NCBI GenBank assembly: GCA_038496445.1
Contig: JALMLS010000466.1
Coordinates: 867,449-931,448, forward strand
Source of the DNA: Trichosphaerium sp. ATCC 40318
Taxonomy: Eukaryota; Protista; Tubulinea
DNA length: 64,000 nucleotides
Reading direction: 5' to 3'
Shown here: piece by piece, positions 12,556-24,988 of the stretch
Position numbering within the stretch: the first letter of the stretch is position 1
How the letters are laid out: the number at the start of each line of letters is the position of its first letter
Translations under genes and position numbers: made by a program
Notes under the pieces: model-generated
Told to the model about the DNA's origin: nothing
Seen by the model: only the letters and a program-made list of their open reading frames with translations
The model's database searches: none

Positions 12556-15146
12556 TCAACGTACAGCGTCTTTTTTTACATTATCAAACAAAGCCTTCCA
12601 GCTATCACTTAGTTGTGCAGTTTCATACCGTTGTAGAATCTCAGCCTATTAATAACAGTAAACACATTTAAAAACAATACTATTGATCATACCAGCTTGC
12701 GAGGAGTTGGGCGTTTGGAAGGGTTAAGTTCAGTGCACATGTTGAAAACAGCACGAAGAACATCAAAACTCTTTGAGAAATCCTCTGGGAACTCTGGTCG
12801 TTTTCCTTTAAAGAGAGTAAGAATAACATCCAATGTTTTATAAATACGCACCTTTTAGAATGTGTGCTGTCAAGTCAATAACCTCAACATTTTTGTATGG
12901 TACATTTAAAGTCAACATTTCGTAGAGAACCTTCAAAGATAACATTAGAAAAAAAAAACCACTAAAACCATCCTTTCTTACCATGCCAAAACTCCAAATA
13001 TCAACTGCGAATGTATATGCACCATCTTGGGAAGCTTTTAGTACCTCAGGAGCCATCCAATTTGGTGTTCCGAGTACGGTCTTAGCCTTTATTTTTTTGC
13101 CAATTTTTTTAGCTGCATCAAAATCTGAGATTGCGAGTCGTTTGATTGTTTTGTGGCTATCGTAAGTAACCAAGATATTGGCACTCTTTAAATCCCTATT
13201 ACAATACAGTTATTAAGTTACAACAATAAGCTAATTTCGACAAAACATACCTGTGAATAATCTTGTTCTTATGTAGAATTGTTAATCCACATAGAATATC
13301 AAGACACATTGTAGCAATATCACTAGGCTTGAACATTTCTTGTCTTCCTTGAGCTATTAATTCCTGACGCTCATCAAGCGTCATGCGAAACTATAAACCA
13401 TTAGAACATCAAAAATAGGAGAAAAAAGTTGCAAGATGAAACAAAAAATGTCACAAAATGTCAAGAAAAAAAGCAAGAACAAAAAAAGATAGAAAACGTA
13501 CACTGGCGCTATAACGTGTCATGAAAATCTGTAGCTTGTGTTTCTTTTTAATATGAAACAAGTATTTACAGAGGTTAGGGCTAGGAGGTAAATTTTCTAG
13601 AATCTCCATTTCGCTTAAGAATGCTTCTAATGGAAAAAGTTAGATAAAGTCCGAAAGAATGAAAGTAAATCTTTACACGCTTGCTACAAGCGCACACGTA
13701 CCTTGCATTTTTATGTTGGTATTTTTTAAATCAAGCTCTTTCATGCAGCATCCCCATCCGCTCACAGTACAGTTGTATACAATAGCACCGCTTCCTTTAT
13801 CGGAGTAAGAGACTTTTTTGGGTATTGTTTACTTTCAAAATCGTATAAAACAGCAAAGAAGGCACGATTTCGTTTTTTAAACTGTACTGTAGCCAGCTTA
13901 TACTCTTAACAAAAAGATATTGTATTCATGAAAGAATAAACGCAATAGAAAATTCGTTGTGGTTTTTTTCAGCCTAGAAAAGGAAGAAAAATATCTTGTA
14001 TTTCTCCGTACCGCCTGTTGCAAGGATGTCATGTACGACTATATCCTTTAAGTTTATTGTTTTCTTCATCGTGAGCTTGTTTAAACTGAAAACGTCCTTT
14101 GTTCCTTTCGAAAATATGCTCTTTTTACCTTCTCCAACACGCTGTAAAGCCTAGATCAAAGAATAAGTCCCGGGCGTATTCAAATCAACCCACTAGCGCA
14201 CCTTTGACGCCGACACTTGAAGATGTGCTATTTGTTCCCGCTGTAGGGCTACCATTTGCTCAAGCTGTCGCACTTTTGCTTCCAATTCTCTTGTCTTAGA
14301 TTCTCGTTTTGGCGACTAGAATTAAAATTAGACTAAAAATTGTAGAATAAAATAACGTACTGTTTTTTCACGCGAAGAAGTACGTGTACGCTTCTCTCTA
14401 GGTGACATAATCGGTTTCCTCGATGATTTATGCATTTTGTGTGATTTAGGGGCCTGTTCGTGCTCTCTAGACCTATTTTCTTCCTCTTCTTTTTCTAAAA
14501 GTGACTTGGCACTTATTGTGTGTCTTCTGCTCTCATTGTGATTTCGCAAAGCACCCAAGGACTTGAGTGCAGTGTTCAAGGTTGCGCTGTCGATTTCTTC
14601 ATCAGGTACTGATTCTTCACCAACACGGGTGTGCATTGTCGCTGATGGAGGCGGAGAGTTCGGTTCAGACTCTACTGAGCTAGTAGACCCAAAGGCAGCC
14701 ATTGCTTTCATCAGGGAATCTTTAATATCATTGCCTGTTAGTTCGAGCACTTCAAGCTTTGCTTTGCGATGTTTGAGCGCATCCCGAAGGTATTTTGCGC
14801 CGTCGTCGGTTAAATCGCAAAAGCTGAGGTCAAGCTGGACAATATGCTGGTTCTTCTTCAGGAGCTTCGCTAAGTACTTCGCTGACATAACGCCGTCATC
14901 ATCTTCCTAAATACTGGTTAGTGGTGCGTTGCTGTTATTTTGCTTTCACAACGCTCGTACCTGACTGAGATCGTTACCGGATAGTAGTAGAGCGGTAACC
15001 GTGGTATTTTGCTCAAGATAGCCGCATAACTGTCGAATATAATCGGCGTCCGTGCATTGGTATTTAATATCGATTTTCGTTAGACTAGGGTCATTTGCGT
15101 CCTTCTTGAGTATCTCAAGTATGGCGTGCTCTGTGAGGTCCGCCAT
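12556..15146 (-). CDS. Ser/Thr protein kinase with N-terminal RNI-like leucine-rich repeats
   Basis: LRRs LLLSGNDL, LDLSFCDLTDDGAKYL and LELTGNDI; low-complexity linker; kinase motifs HRDLKSANIL, ISDFD, GTPNWMAPE and DIWSFG. Confidence 0.9.
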
Positions 15147-15361
15147 GTTCGCTCAAAACCAGTTTTTTAGGATTACAAATGCGTTTCCTCGGGTGTTGTA
15201 CAAACCGTAGAATGACAAAAGTGTTCACTATCCCGCACTTTCCTTTTAAGTCATTTGACATTTGATCGCACTGCAAACCATCCAAATTACGTTATTGTAT
15301 TACAATCAATATTAGGTTACAACAGGAGTATAAAAAGTGGGTTGACGTTATCTCCGGTTTT

Positions 15362-17375
15362 TTACCAAGGTTGTTCATTAATGAAACTTGTAAACATCAT
15401 CAAAGCTCTTTTTGGTTGATAAAAAGGAACCATATGACCAGCATTCTTGACAGTAAGAAAAGTGAGCGCTCCCTTAAACAAAATAATTAAATTTCTGTCT
15501 TGACCCGTTGGAATTACTACTTTGTACTTACGTCATTATATGCTTTAAAATATCCAGCTACTTGTTTACCATCCTTCCAAGAAGTCCAGGGCTGAAAAAT
15601 AAAAATTAGTCCAAAAAAGCCTCAAATTACAGATTAGCATGCTTACCGTAGTTAGCTTCTGCTTCATAGCGTCAACGGATAGTTCAGTACCAAGGTATGG
15701 TACACAAGAATCAACATCACCACTGTAAATTAGAACTCTAGAAGCGGAATCAATAATGGTGTAACACAAACATGGAATTAAAAAAAAAACACCAACATAC
15801 CTTATACCAGCCGGTAGGAGTACTTCTGTAAAAAGGGGAAGTACGGACTTTACGTCAAATTCGTAATTTATGATTGACGAACAAACAGACCATTCTGTTG
15901 GTGTTGCATGAAGAGTCTAGCGGAGCGTGAGTTGGGATTAAATACCGCGATATATTACGTACTTTCTGTACTACGGCCATATTTAGGTAATCACGAATAT
16001 TTGAATAGTCAAAGCAAGGTACAAATGTTTGAGATTGTACAGCTCGTTTTGCCATAGATGAAGCTGCTGCAGCACCAACAGCACAATCACCTTTGTTAAG
16101 TTAAAGTTAGAAAACGAAGGATGTAGTATAAATTTTGCTCCGTCCGGTACCATGTAGGGAGAAAGGGCCATTGCAGTCTTCATATATGTTATATGGGTTG
16201 ATACCTATAAGACCATTGTATGCAGTGTCTTGGTACTGCTCGCACAGGGCTTTGTTGTCATCAACAAAGCAAGCTATGTACAAGTTAAGCAAAAAAGGAC
16301 AACGAAATAAAAAAACAGGTGTCGGTTGAACAACCGAATGGTATTTTTCTTTTTACCTTTGTTTAAATTGTTCCATAACCCGGTACTGAGAAGGGCATGT
16401 TTGGCATAGAATTCCCACTTTGCGTGACCAAAATCATAGGTGCCTGACAAGGTCGGATTTCCTAAAAAAGGTATTGAGCTAAAAAGTCAACTTTTGTACA
16501 AAAGGAAAAACAATAAGACATTACCTGCAAGTAGTCCTTTAAAATTAATACCATTTTCTTCTTTGACAATCAAATTTGCAAGCTGAAGTATTATAAGTTA
16601 GACTTGTTTATGAGATAGCGCTATAGGTCTACCTGAGGTACGTAATGTCCAGCATAAGATTCTCCAGCAACAAAAAACCTAATTCTTCGTTAAGGCTGTT
16701 GTTGTTCAGGGTGTGCAAGTCCGTACTCGTTTGATTGAAACTCTGGAAAGAGTGCGAAGAAGTCTTTCAAAAATCTGTAGTTGTCTAACGCCGTTTGGTT
16801 GTCATCAAAAGTGTAATTCCCATTTCCAGCGAAAGAGAAGCCTACTCCAACAGGCGCTTCAATATAGAGCATATTGGCCTTTTGATTCCATGATGTGGAG
16901 CGCAAAGTCAGTTGTTTGCCGTTTGGCGCCACTTCGAATGGTCCATGTTCTAGGTTGCTTAAATTAGCGTATTAGCACTCATCACGCTATAAATACCGGT
17001 GAAAAGGCCAAGTAATCCAGAACAGCCCTAAAAAAATTAGTACAGCTTTTGACAATTAGCGTACTGGTCCTCCTTGCAACCAAAGTACGACTGGATCGTT
17101 ATGTGGGTCGTTAGAGCTTTCCACAAACCAATAGAATATTTCTTTGTTTCTAGCGTTCATTACGCATGTTATATTGAGTATTAGCGTACGTTGACACGTC
17201 GGCTGTACCGTAACCAGTATATTGTCCAGTTATGGTATCTTCGTACCCTACGCTAGTGTTAGCGTGCGTAAAATGGTGCAAGCCACACGCCTGGCAAATG
17301 AGTGAGTGAAAAGCGACTACCAGCCAATACAGTCGCTATTCCAACAAGTAGTAATACGAATGTACTCTGTTTCAT
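15362..17375 (-). CDS. Serine carboxypeptidase (peptidase S10)
   Basis: Signal peptide [11 protein letters not shown]; [59 protein letters not shown]. Confidence 0.93.
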
Positions 17376-17482
17376 TGTAAAAATCAAAGTTTTAATACTT
17401 TTCGATTTGATTGGGTGAGAAATTTCGTAAGTTTTTAAAACGAAATTCGACATTTATTTTATCATTATTTTACATACATCCA

Positions 17483-19035
17483 TTAGGACCTTAGTCGTTC
17501 ACATATAAGGTATGCCCTCGGAGAAATACTATGTACAATATGCCAGGCTGTATGGCCACATATATCCTGCAGGATATAATATAAGTTCGAAAACAACATG
17601 AATAATAAACGTACTGTAATACCGCATGGTTGCTGTTTTCTAGATGTTGACAATGTAACAAAACGATACACATATATTGTTTCTATACCCTTTACTTTGC
17701 GTACCATATCTAAGTACTCTGTAGCGTCCTTTGGAAGGTTCATTATAACAACATCTGGAATTATTTTCTTTTCCTCAACTACTGTTTTCCAAAATGTTCT
17801 AGCATCCATGTTGTACGCCTCTAGAGATGTTATATTATTTAACACAACTCCTTTCTTCAAAGCATTATAAGCTTGTTCGTTGATATCATTGGCGAACACT
17901 GTACATTTTTTTTTACGTGATAATGGAATTGCAAACGGACCGGCACCAGCAAACATGTCAACTATTTAAATAGTTAGACTGAAATACGGGAATTCACATG
18001 TTGTGACACTTACCTACTATAGATTTCGCTGGTGTTGCTTCTAGAACACGCTTGTGTTCGCTTATAAGAGCTACATTCCAGAATACTTCGTTCAGAGCGA
18101 ATTGGAATTTACACTGAAGGTAATTCTGAAGTGTAAATTAGAAAATCACATTTGACCCCAAAAAGGCAGTACAAAAGAGACGTTGTAGTCATCTTCTCCA
18201 GCTACAATCTCACTAGAATGAGTTCTATGCAATCCATCAACATCATCCAACTTACAAGCAACACTCCTGACAGGTTTATTGGTCTACAATCGTATTAACA
18301 AAACCAACTACAAACAAGGAAAAAAAAAACCAAACAACTTACATTTAGTAATATCTGACCTATCAAAAATCTATAAGGTAAATGACAGCTGTCAGGGTTA
18401 AAAATCAATAAATGACCTGTCATTAGAGTAAGCAAAGTTCACAATAATTATTAAAATTCTACCAAGTACTTTCCACGATGTTACTTTAGGAAGCGTTGCA
18501 GGCAATAAACTAGACCAAAGAAACTCTAATAACGATTTTAGAAATTCTTGACATGTGTCAACGTAATTGATTCGTACCTGGGCGAGCACGACCCCAGTTC
18601 CTACTTGCCATTTCATAATCTAGTTCTACCCCGTGTTTGAGCAGTTTAGTTTGTAGATTATTTCGAGCTGACTCATCGAGGTTGTAATTGTCGTTCAGTA
18701 CCGTCTTTTTCTTTTCAGAGGCGTAGGTTGAAGGTTCTGGAATAAACACAAGGCGTTTTGTGTCATTTTTGTGCTTAAGAATGCGTAGTTGATGGGTAGA
18801 TGGTATTTCTACGCGTAATTAATGGTTTTAATGGATAATCAATAGTTTTTAAGTGAGTTTACCTTGAAGTATGCTAACTATCTCTTTAACCTTACTAAAG
18901 GAGTTAAAAACGCTACAAAAATTAACTGTACGTGTTGGGAGATGTCACAGCTATACATTTACGCTGTTGGGTGTATTGCTCCTTAAACCGGTACAGCTTG
19001 TATCGTGCATGTTGCTTTCTAATGAAACTGCGCAT
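17483..19035 (-). CDS. TRM5: tRNA (guanine-37-N1)-methyltransferase Trm5
   Basis: VFWNVALISEH, DMFAGAGPFAIP, VFANDINE, YNMDAR, VIMNLPKDATEYL (Met-10+/Trm5 motifs). The start is approximate. Confidence 0.82.
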
Positions 19036-19160
19036 GCCATACGCACGCTGTCCTTGTACTTCTCAAATCTTGACTCAAAGTGAATTTTTTAACCTCAATT
19101 TTCTTCTCAACTATTAACATCGAGCGTGTAGCAAGGGCGATCGGAAAGTACTGGGATGTT

Positions 19161-20346
19161 ATGGAAAGACCAAAGTCAAGGTGTAAAAAAGCACGTTATA
19201 TCTTGAAACGATCTTTCTGCGCACGTGGGCAATACTCATATGTCGTAGCGCTCAAATACACGTTTTATACCGCAACGACGTGGGTATGTACACAAACGGC
19301 AGGAAACACAGCGTAATGACTATGTATTACGCGTTATTGGCGCCAGTAGATATATTGTAGCTCTTTGTTTAGTTGGTACCTTGTATTTCTTTTATGATGC
19401 GCAGATGGACTACTATGTGAGGGACTTTGAATATCTGAATGAGTTTCAGCTCTTACCTTGCAACGACGATTCTTCCATTACTGACAAGAGGTTAAGTGTT
19501 GCTGTGGTAACTGTGTATGATGAAAAGTTTAATTGTACGTGACGATGGCGTTGTTTTTTTAACGTTTTTTGGTTCAGATTTGGTTAAAAATGGCGTAAAA
19601 GATAATCACGTGGCTTATGCCAAGCGACATGGATATAGTTATATTTCGTTTAGTGGTGAGGAATTAAAACGTTATCGTGGTCACAAAACGACATGCAAGA
19701 AGGTCGATGTAGTACAAGGTGTATTACGAGGATATGATTGGGTTATTTTTATAGATGCTGATGCGTGTTTCTTCAGAGCACGTCAAACTTTTTGACAATC
19801 TTATTCATTTGACGAAAAAACAGTCAGCTTGGTGACTATCTATTTAGGTGAATGCCAGCTTGGAAGATATCCTTACAACCACGAATGCTCAGTGGTACAA
19901 AAGTATTGATTATGATTTGGTGATTGCTCAAGACTACCTCGGTCTTAATGGAGGTGTCTATTTTATAAAAAACACACCGTGGTCTTATCGCTTCTTGCAA
20001 GCTGTACGGTCATCAAATAATTCATGCATAGCTGCTTACTGACACACTTACTACCAAGGTAAGTACAGAACTTAATAACTACTACTACTGCGCCTTAAAA
20101 AGAACACCAGAAGGATCTTCAATGCGTTTGTACTTACAACAGCACCCAGAAGAACTTTGTCATGTTAGATTGCTACCGCTTGAGCAACTATTCCAAGTTC
20201 AAATGTATGTAGCTTTATTACAATCTGAAAAGTATATGAATCAACTAGACCAAGTACAACCATTCACAGTACATGCTGTGGCAGGTTGTAAACGAAATGA
20301 AACTTGTAAACAAATGCTACTACAAACATGTACAAAAGTAATATAA
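19161..20346 (+). CDS. Glycosyltransferase family 34 (GMA12/MNN10-like)
   Basis: N-terminal TM; NHVAYAKRHGY, YDWVIFIDADA (DxD), AQDYLGLNGGVYFIKNTPWS. The start is approximate. Confidence 0.8.
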
Positions 20347-20369
20347 TTGATAAAATAAATCTTCTACCC

Positions 20370-21927
20370 TTACAGTGCCGCAAACTCTATGCAAGCAAAG
20401 AGGTAGAAGGTATCACTAAGTTTTTCGGGAAGTTTACATGATATCATAGTGATTCATAGTTAGTGACGCACGTGCCCTTAACTCTTAACGATATGCATAC
20501 AATAAAAAATTGGTTTCGAAAAGTAAATAAAATGGTAAAACAAGAGAATAAAGGCTTAAAATTTTTGTCTTTGAAAGAACCTTAGTGGTACAGGTTTGCA
20601 CGTGAAGGTGAGTTAAGGTTTATTCGTCTAGCAAATGGTGTCCGGTAACCAAAGACAAATTGCAGTTCTTACATCAGCAGTGATTTTTACCGAACGGTTA
20701 ACATCTTTGTGTCTTCTACAGATACCCAAAAAATGATGAGTACATATCTATGTATTAGTCAACACAAAAAACTTAAACACAGATCTAGACGTACTCTAGT
20801 ACTACCTTTGTGAATACCGCGGGTAATTCGATTGGAGTCATACCATGGTCCACCTGAGTTACCCTTTAAAAAGAATTATTAGAGAATCAATAACGTAAAC
20901 TTAAAGTACCGGTTCGGTATCCATATCTTCAGTGTAATGATAGTCAGAACTTGTGTGAGAAGAAAATGTGCCAAGGGAGAGCCACATTTGTTGATTTTTA
21001 CTCTGTGGATAGCCACGAGTTGCTAAATTATCTCCTCCATAATTACCAGAAGCCTCTCCGAACGAAGACCATCCAAGACCTACAATAGTCAACAGAAATT
21101 TCTCGCTATCTTGCAAAACGTACCAAAGTCTCTGTTCACTATAACAACACACCAATCACTTGCTATATCCCCGTTTCTGTAATCAGCTGGTACCCATGAT
21201 AAATAAACATCGAACCTCCCGTATGGATTGTTGTGAGCTCCAGCACCATTCTTGGCAGGGAATACGCCATCTAGATAAAAGTTCAGTTTCCCAGTCTACA
21301 ACATAAAAATACACACGTAAATCAAGGTATCTTCCATTCGCGCCTTCATGACAACAATGAGCTGCTGTAATGACGTGCCTAGGACCAACAATTTGTCCAG
21401 AACACCCAATGCCAAGCTATATTATCTGTTAAAGCAACGACCTTTGGTTAATGCGTACCCTCACAATCCGCCTGTTAAAAGCGTCGGTGGTTGTTGGATT
21501 TACACGTGATCTACCTTGCCCAGTCAAAATTTTGCGCTTGGTGTCATATTCCGTAAACTCGGAGCTTTGAGGTCCACGTGAGACTTTTGGACCTGTTTCT
21601 TTCACTTTTTTAAACTCGTCCGGATGGATGGATACTTCATACACAAGGCCTTTAGCTGTAGCGACTATGAAGCTGGAATAATCTTGTTTGCTAGACTTTG
21701 ATGACGTCTGAAGGAGAGAATAAGCGGTATCAACAATAATTACACGGACGTACGAGGCTTTGAGGGGTTGGTCTTTTGAGTACACCATCAAATTTAGTTG
21801 TACCAATGAGTGTAACATTAGCATTACGAAAAACAGGGTCATGGCCAACTAGATTTTCGATTGTGCGTCTACTAACTGAGCAAAAGGCTACTACAAGCAA
21901 GAGAACAAGTACGAAAAGGTGCTTCAT
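20370..21927 (-). CDS. Secreted trypsin-fold serine protease (glutamyl-endopeptidase/PRSS23-like)
   Basis: Signal peptide MKHLFVLVLLL; GCSGQIVGPRHVITAAHC; GYP; DMDTEPGNSGGP. Confidence 0.85.
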
Positions 21928-22355
21928 CTGTTTGAGTCTTATTATTTACACTTCTCACAAAAAAGAAAATCACATGTGAATCACTTCACCATTATCCCAA
22001 TTGGGTCAACTATGTACACACAAGATTATAGTGTAATAAAGTTAGTCCAGCCAATAGAAATGCACTCCAGGCATTAATATACTACTATCAGCGTTTTACC
22101 CTTGTAACACAACAAAATCTTTGGGATTTTTATTTTTCCTTTCATACTGCGGTTTTATTTTGTACACTTGTGACAATTGTTTTTATGGTCGACTTTGGTG
22201 TTTACATATTATTGCGTACCCTTCAAGTTAAACATTTAAATAATTATGCCGTTGTAGTTTCTTGTTTTAAAGTGAATACCTGACAACTTTCCAGCCTTAT
22301 AATACTTCTAGTTGGTATTATTCAGCAATGGCTCGCGTTCAACAAGCAGAATGTA

Positions 22356-22395
22356 TGCAATAAACCAAAACACAATATTGTTTTGGTTTATTGCA
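22356..22395. repeat. Perfect 17-bp inverted repeat (hairpin)
   Basis: TGCAATAAACCAAAACA-caatat-TGTTTTGGTTTATTGCA. Confidence 0.9.
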
Positions 22396-23246
22396 AATCT
22401 CTTCACACGTGATTTGTATCCGAGTTTGATATGTAACAGCATTTCGGGCTTGGCATAACAATCGCGCGTTTATTCATACCGGGTATCTTTCGTATCGCTA
22501 GGGTTAGGAAAAGGGCGTGTACTTTTATATTTACGATCACTTTCTCATACCGTTATCAGTTGCTCTGCAAAAGTCACTCACATCTTTTGCTTTGTAAAGC
22601 GTTCCCAATAGTAAAACTGTATGTACTAGCAAAGGGTTGGTTTTGCCACTTGTGCGTATTAATTAATTTATTGCCGAAAACATGCTGAAATAAAAAAAAA
22701 TTTGTATCGTATTAATTTCTTCATTTGTTCTTATGACATTACAACTATGCTAAATAATACAAACTACTCTAAAGTGGCTATTATGGTATCACGTGTGAGT
22801 TCGTAAAATCTGAAAGTAATTGTTTACAGAAGAACAAAAACAAAGAAAATACAAAAAAAGGTGTAATATTTGGAAAATATTTGCCAATTGTTCTTTCTTT
22901 CGAGATACTTTTTATTAGTTCTTCAAGAATTAAAGCTGGAAGAACTGGGAGTATTTAGGATTCCCGAGAATTTAATAACAACAAAAAATTATTTGAAAAC
23001 GACACAAGACAGCAGAAGGAAAACGTAAGACTTTGGTGGTAGGAATGTTGTTTTAGGTTTCGTGTTGAAGAAACAGATGCACTTGTACATTAGTCGTATC
23101 TTGATAGTTTTACGGGACATGGTTCTACAGTGTGTGTTGGGTCTGCAATACAAGAGAAAGAATATCGCAAGAGAACCAAAGGCAGATCAGTGTTCATAGT
23201 AAACCAACAATTTCACTCTTTTTCACTATTACAGCTTGACGAAATA

Positions 23247-23326
23247 TTACAGCCTTGACGATCCAATCTAGCACTAAGGAACCTCTCGATTTTTGTTTGT
23301 GTCAGATTGAATCGTCAAGACGGTAG
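23247..23326. repeat. 28-bp imperfect inverted repeat (pre-miRNA-like hairpin)
   Basis: Arm 23247-23274 matches the reverse complement of 23299-23326 at 22 of 28 positions, and several differences allow G:U pairs; 24-nt loop. Confidence 0.75.
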
Positions 23327-23378
23327 CTACCGCCCACACGAAAACCTCACGTCAGGAGGAAAAAAATTAACAGAATTT

Positions 23379-24555
23379 TTAAGGCATCGCAATACAATGT
23401 GTGAAAATATAAGACAACCCTCCTGTCAGTAAGTACACCCTAGAGCCACTCCAAAACCCAAAAAATCCCTACATAAGTCAATGAATTGTAGTATTTCATT
23501 TCACGCACGTGTTCTTCCCAAACGTCATCAAAAATTCTTGTTGATGTTTGGTACGGGAAAACTATTCGTCTTCTCTTAACTGTATCAAAAGGATATACTA
23601 AAAGATAACCAATAGCATAGCAACTGAACGTTAAAGCATGCTTAGCCACAAATGTAAGCAAGCTATCTAAAGTAATTACTCAGTAAATCAAACGCTGAAA
23701 AAACAGATCCATGTTTGAACTGAAAACCGGTTTGACGTACCTTCAAAAGTTATGTATTTAGTGACACTTTCAACTATAGACTGTGTTGTTGTTGCTACGC
23801 TCGCATACAAAAAGAGTTGAACCAAGTTAATAGTGAAGCCCTAAACCGTCAACATTAAAAAAAAAGACAGATAAATCAATAAATCAACACGATCGTACAG
23901 TGTAGAATTTCTTTATAGACGTCATTTCTGGCTGTGGAATTTCAGTATCTTGACTTGTCATCAGAAAAACTTTCAATTAAAAAAAAACGTGTACCTAGGT
24001 AATCTATGGCTTTTCTAAGGCTTAGGTAAGCAAGAAGAGGGCTTCAGGCGTGTGTTTTAGCACGTACACTGTGCGGTATGCTTGTAGGGGGTAGGTAAAG
24101 CCGGATAGTATAGCTCCTGTATTAAGTTGGTTTATACCGGCGTGAAAAGCTGCTAACCCTTCAAAAAGTTTGTTCCGAGTTGATAAAGAGGTAATGGGAG
24201 GCGGTCACGGAGGAATAACCAGGAGAAGCCGAAATTTACTCCAAGAAGCTTCTGTAAACGTTATTTAGCGTCAAGAAAACCGTACTAGGAGTAATTCACC
24301 TGTAATAAGCCTTCTGTCAAAATTATGCCAATATTACAAGATACACCGCTCCAGAGCACCTGTGCGCCGGCTTCTTGAGTGACGCATGACAATGTCTCGC
24401 GTGAGCCTTGTAATTTGTTAGATTATGCTGTAGTTCGTTGTACAAGTACTGGAGTATCTCTCAATATAGATTTGGCGTATTAGCTTCAAATTGTCCAGAG
24501 GATGGAGCAAAACAGCTTCAATAACACGCCCTACGGTTGATGCGTGCGTTGTCAT
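23379..24555 (-). CDS. Divergent mitochondrial carrier family (SLC25/MTCH-like) protein
   Basis: Carrier signatures LHPLDNLK and VYPFDTVKRR, EAGAQVLWSG, GFFGFWSG; multi-exon. Confidence 0.7.
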
Positions 24556-24988
24556 TAGGGTTAAGAAAACGAAATGTGATTACTGCAAGTCCGTCAGATT
24601 TCTCAAAGACAAAACAGAAATACTCTGAATCACGTGTTTTGAACAGAGAAAGAATAAAGGGAAATAAAGCAGCCAGCATGAACTCGGTCCATATTCAACT
24701 ACACTTTTGGTGAAAATAGTACGACAGGACTCAACAAACTCTACATGCTGAGTGCTTTTAATCAAAAGAAAGGAGTATTCTTAGATTATTTAAACTATTG
24801 ACGTTGAAGCTGTAGAATTATGGTACAAGCAGTACTGTTCAGCAAATGCGAATTTATAAACAAGGCTATTCAATGAATACGAGTTAGACATGTTCCTCAA
24901 AGGACTAAAATAGTAACACACTTCATTAAGTGCTAGATTCTTAAGGCGTTTGGAACATTGTTTTGTCTTTTCCTAACGACTCGGAAGC

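Noticed and set aside
22278-22300. Minus-strand AGGCTGGAAAGTTGTCAGG resembling SRP RNA helix 8 or RNase P/MRP CR-I
   Set aside because: The stem after GAAA does not pair as in SRP, and no matching CR-V/P4 partner was found.
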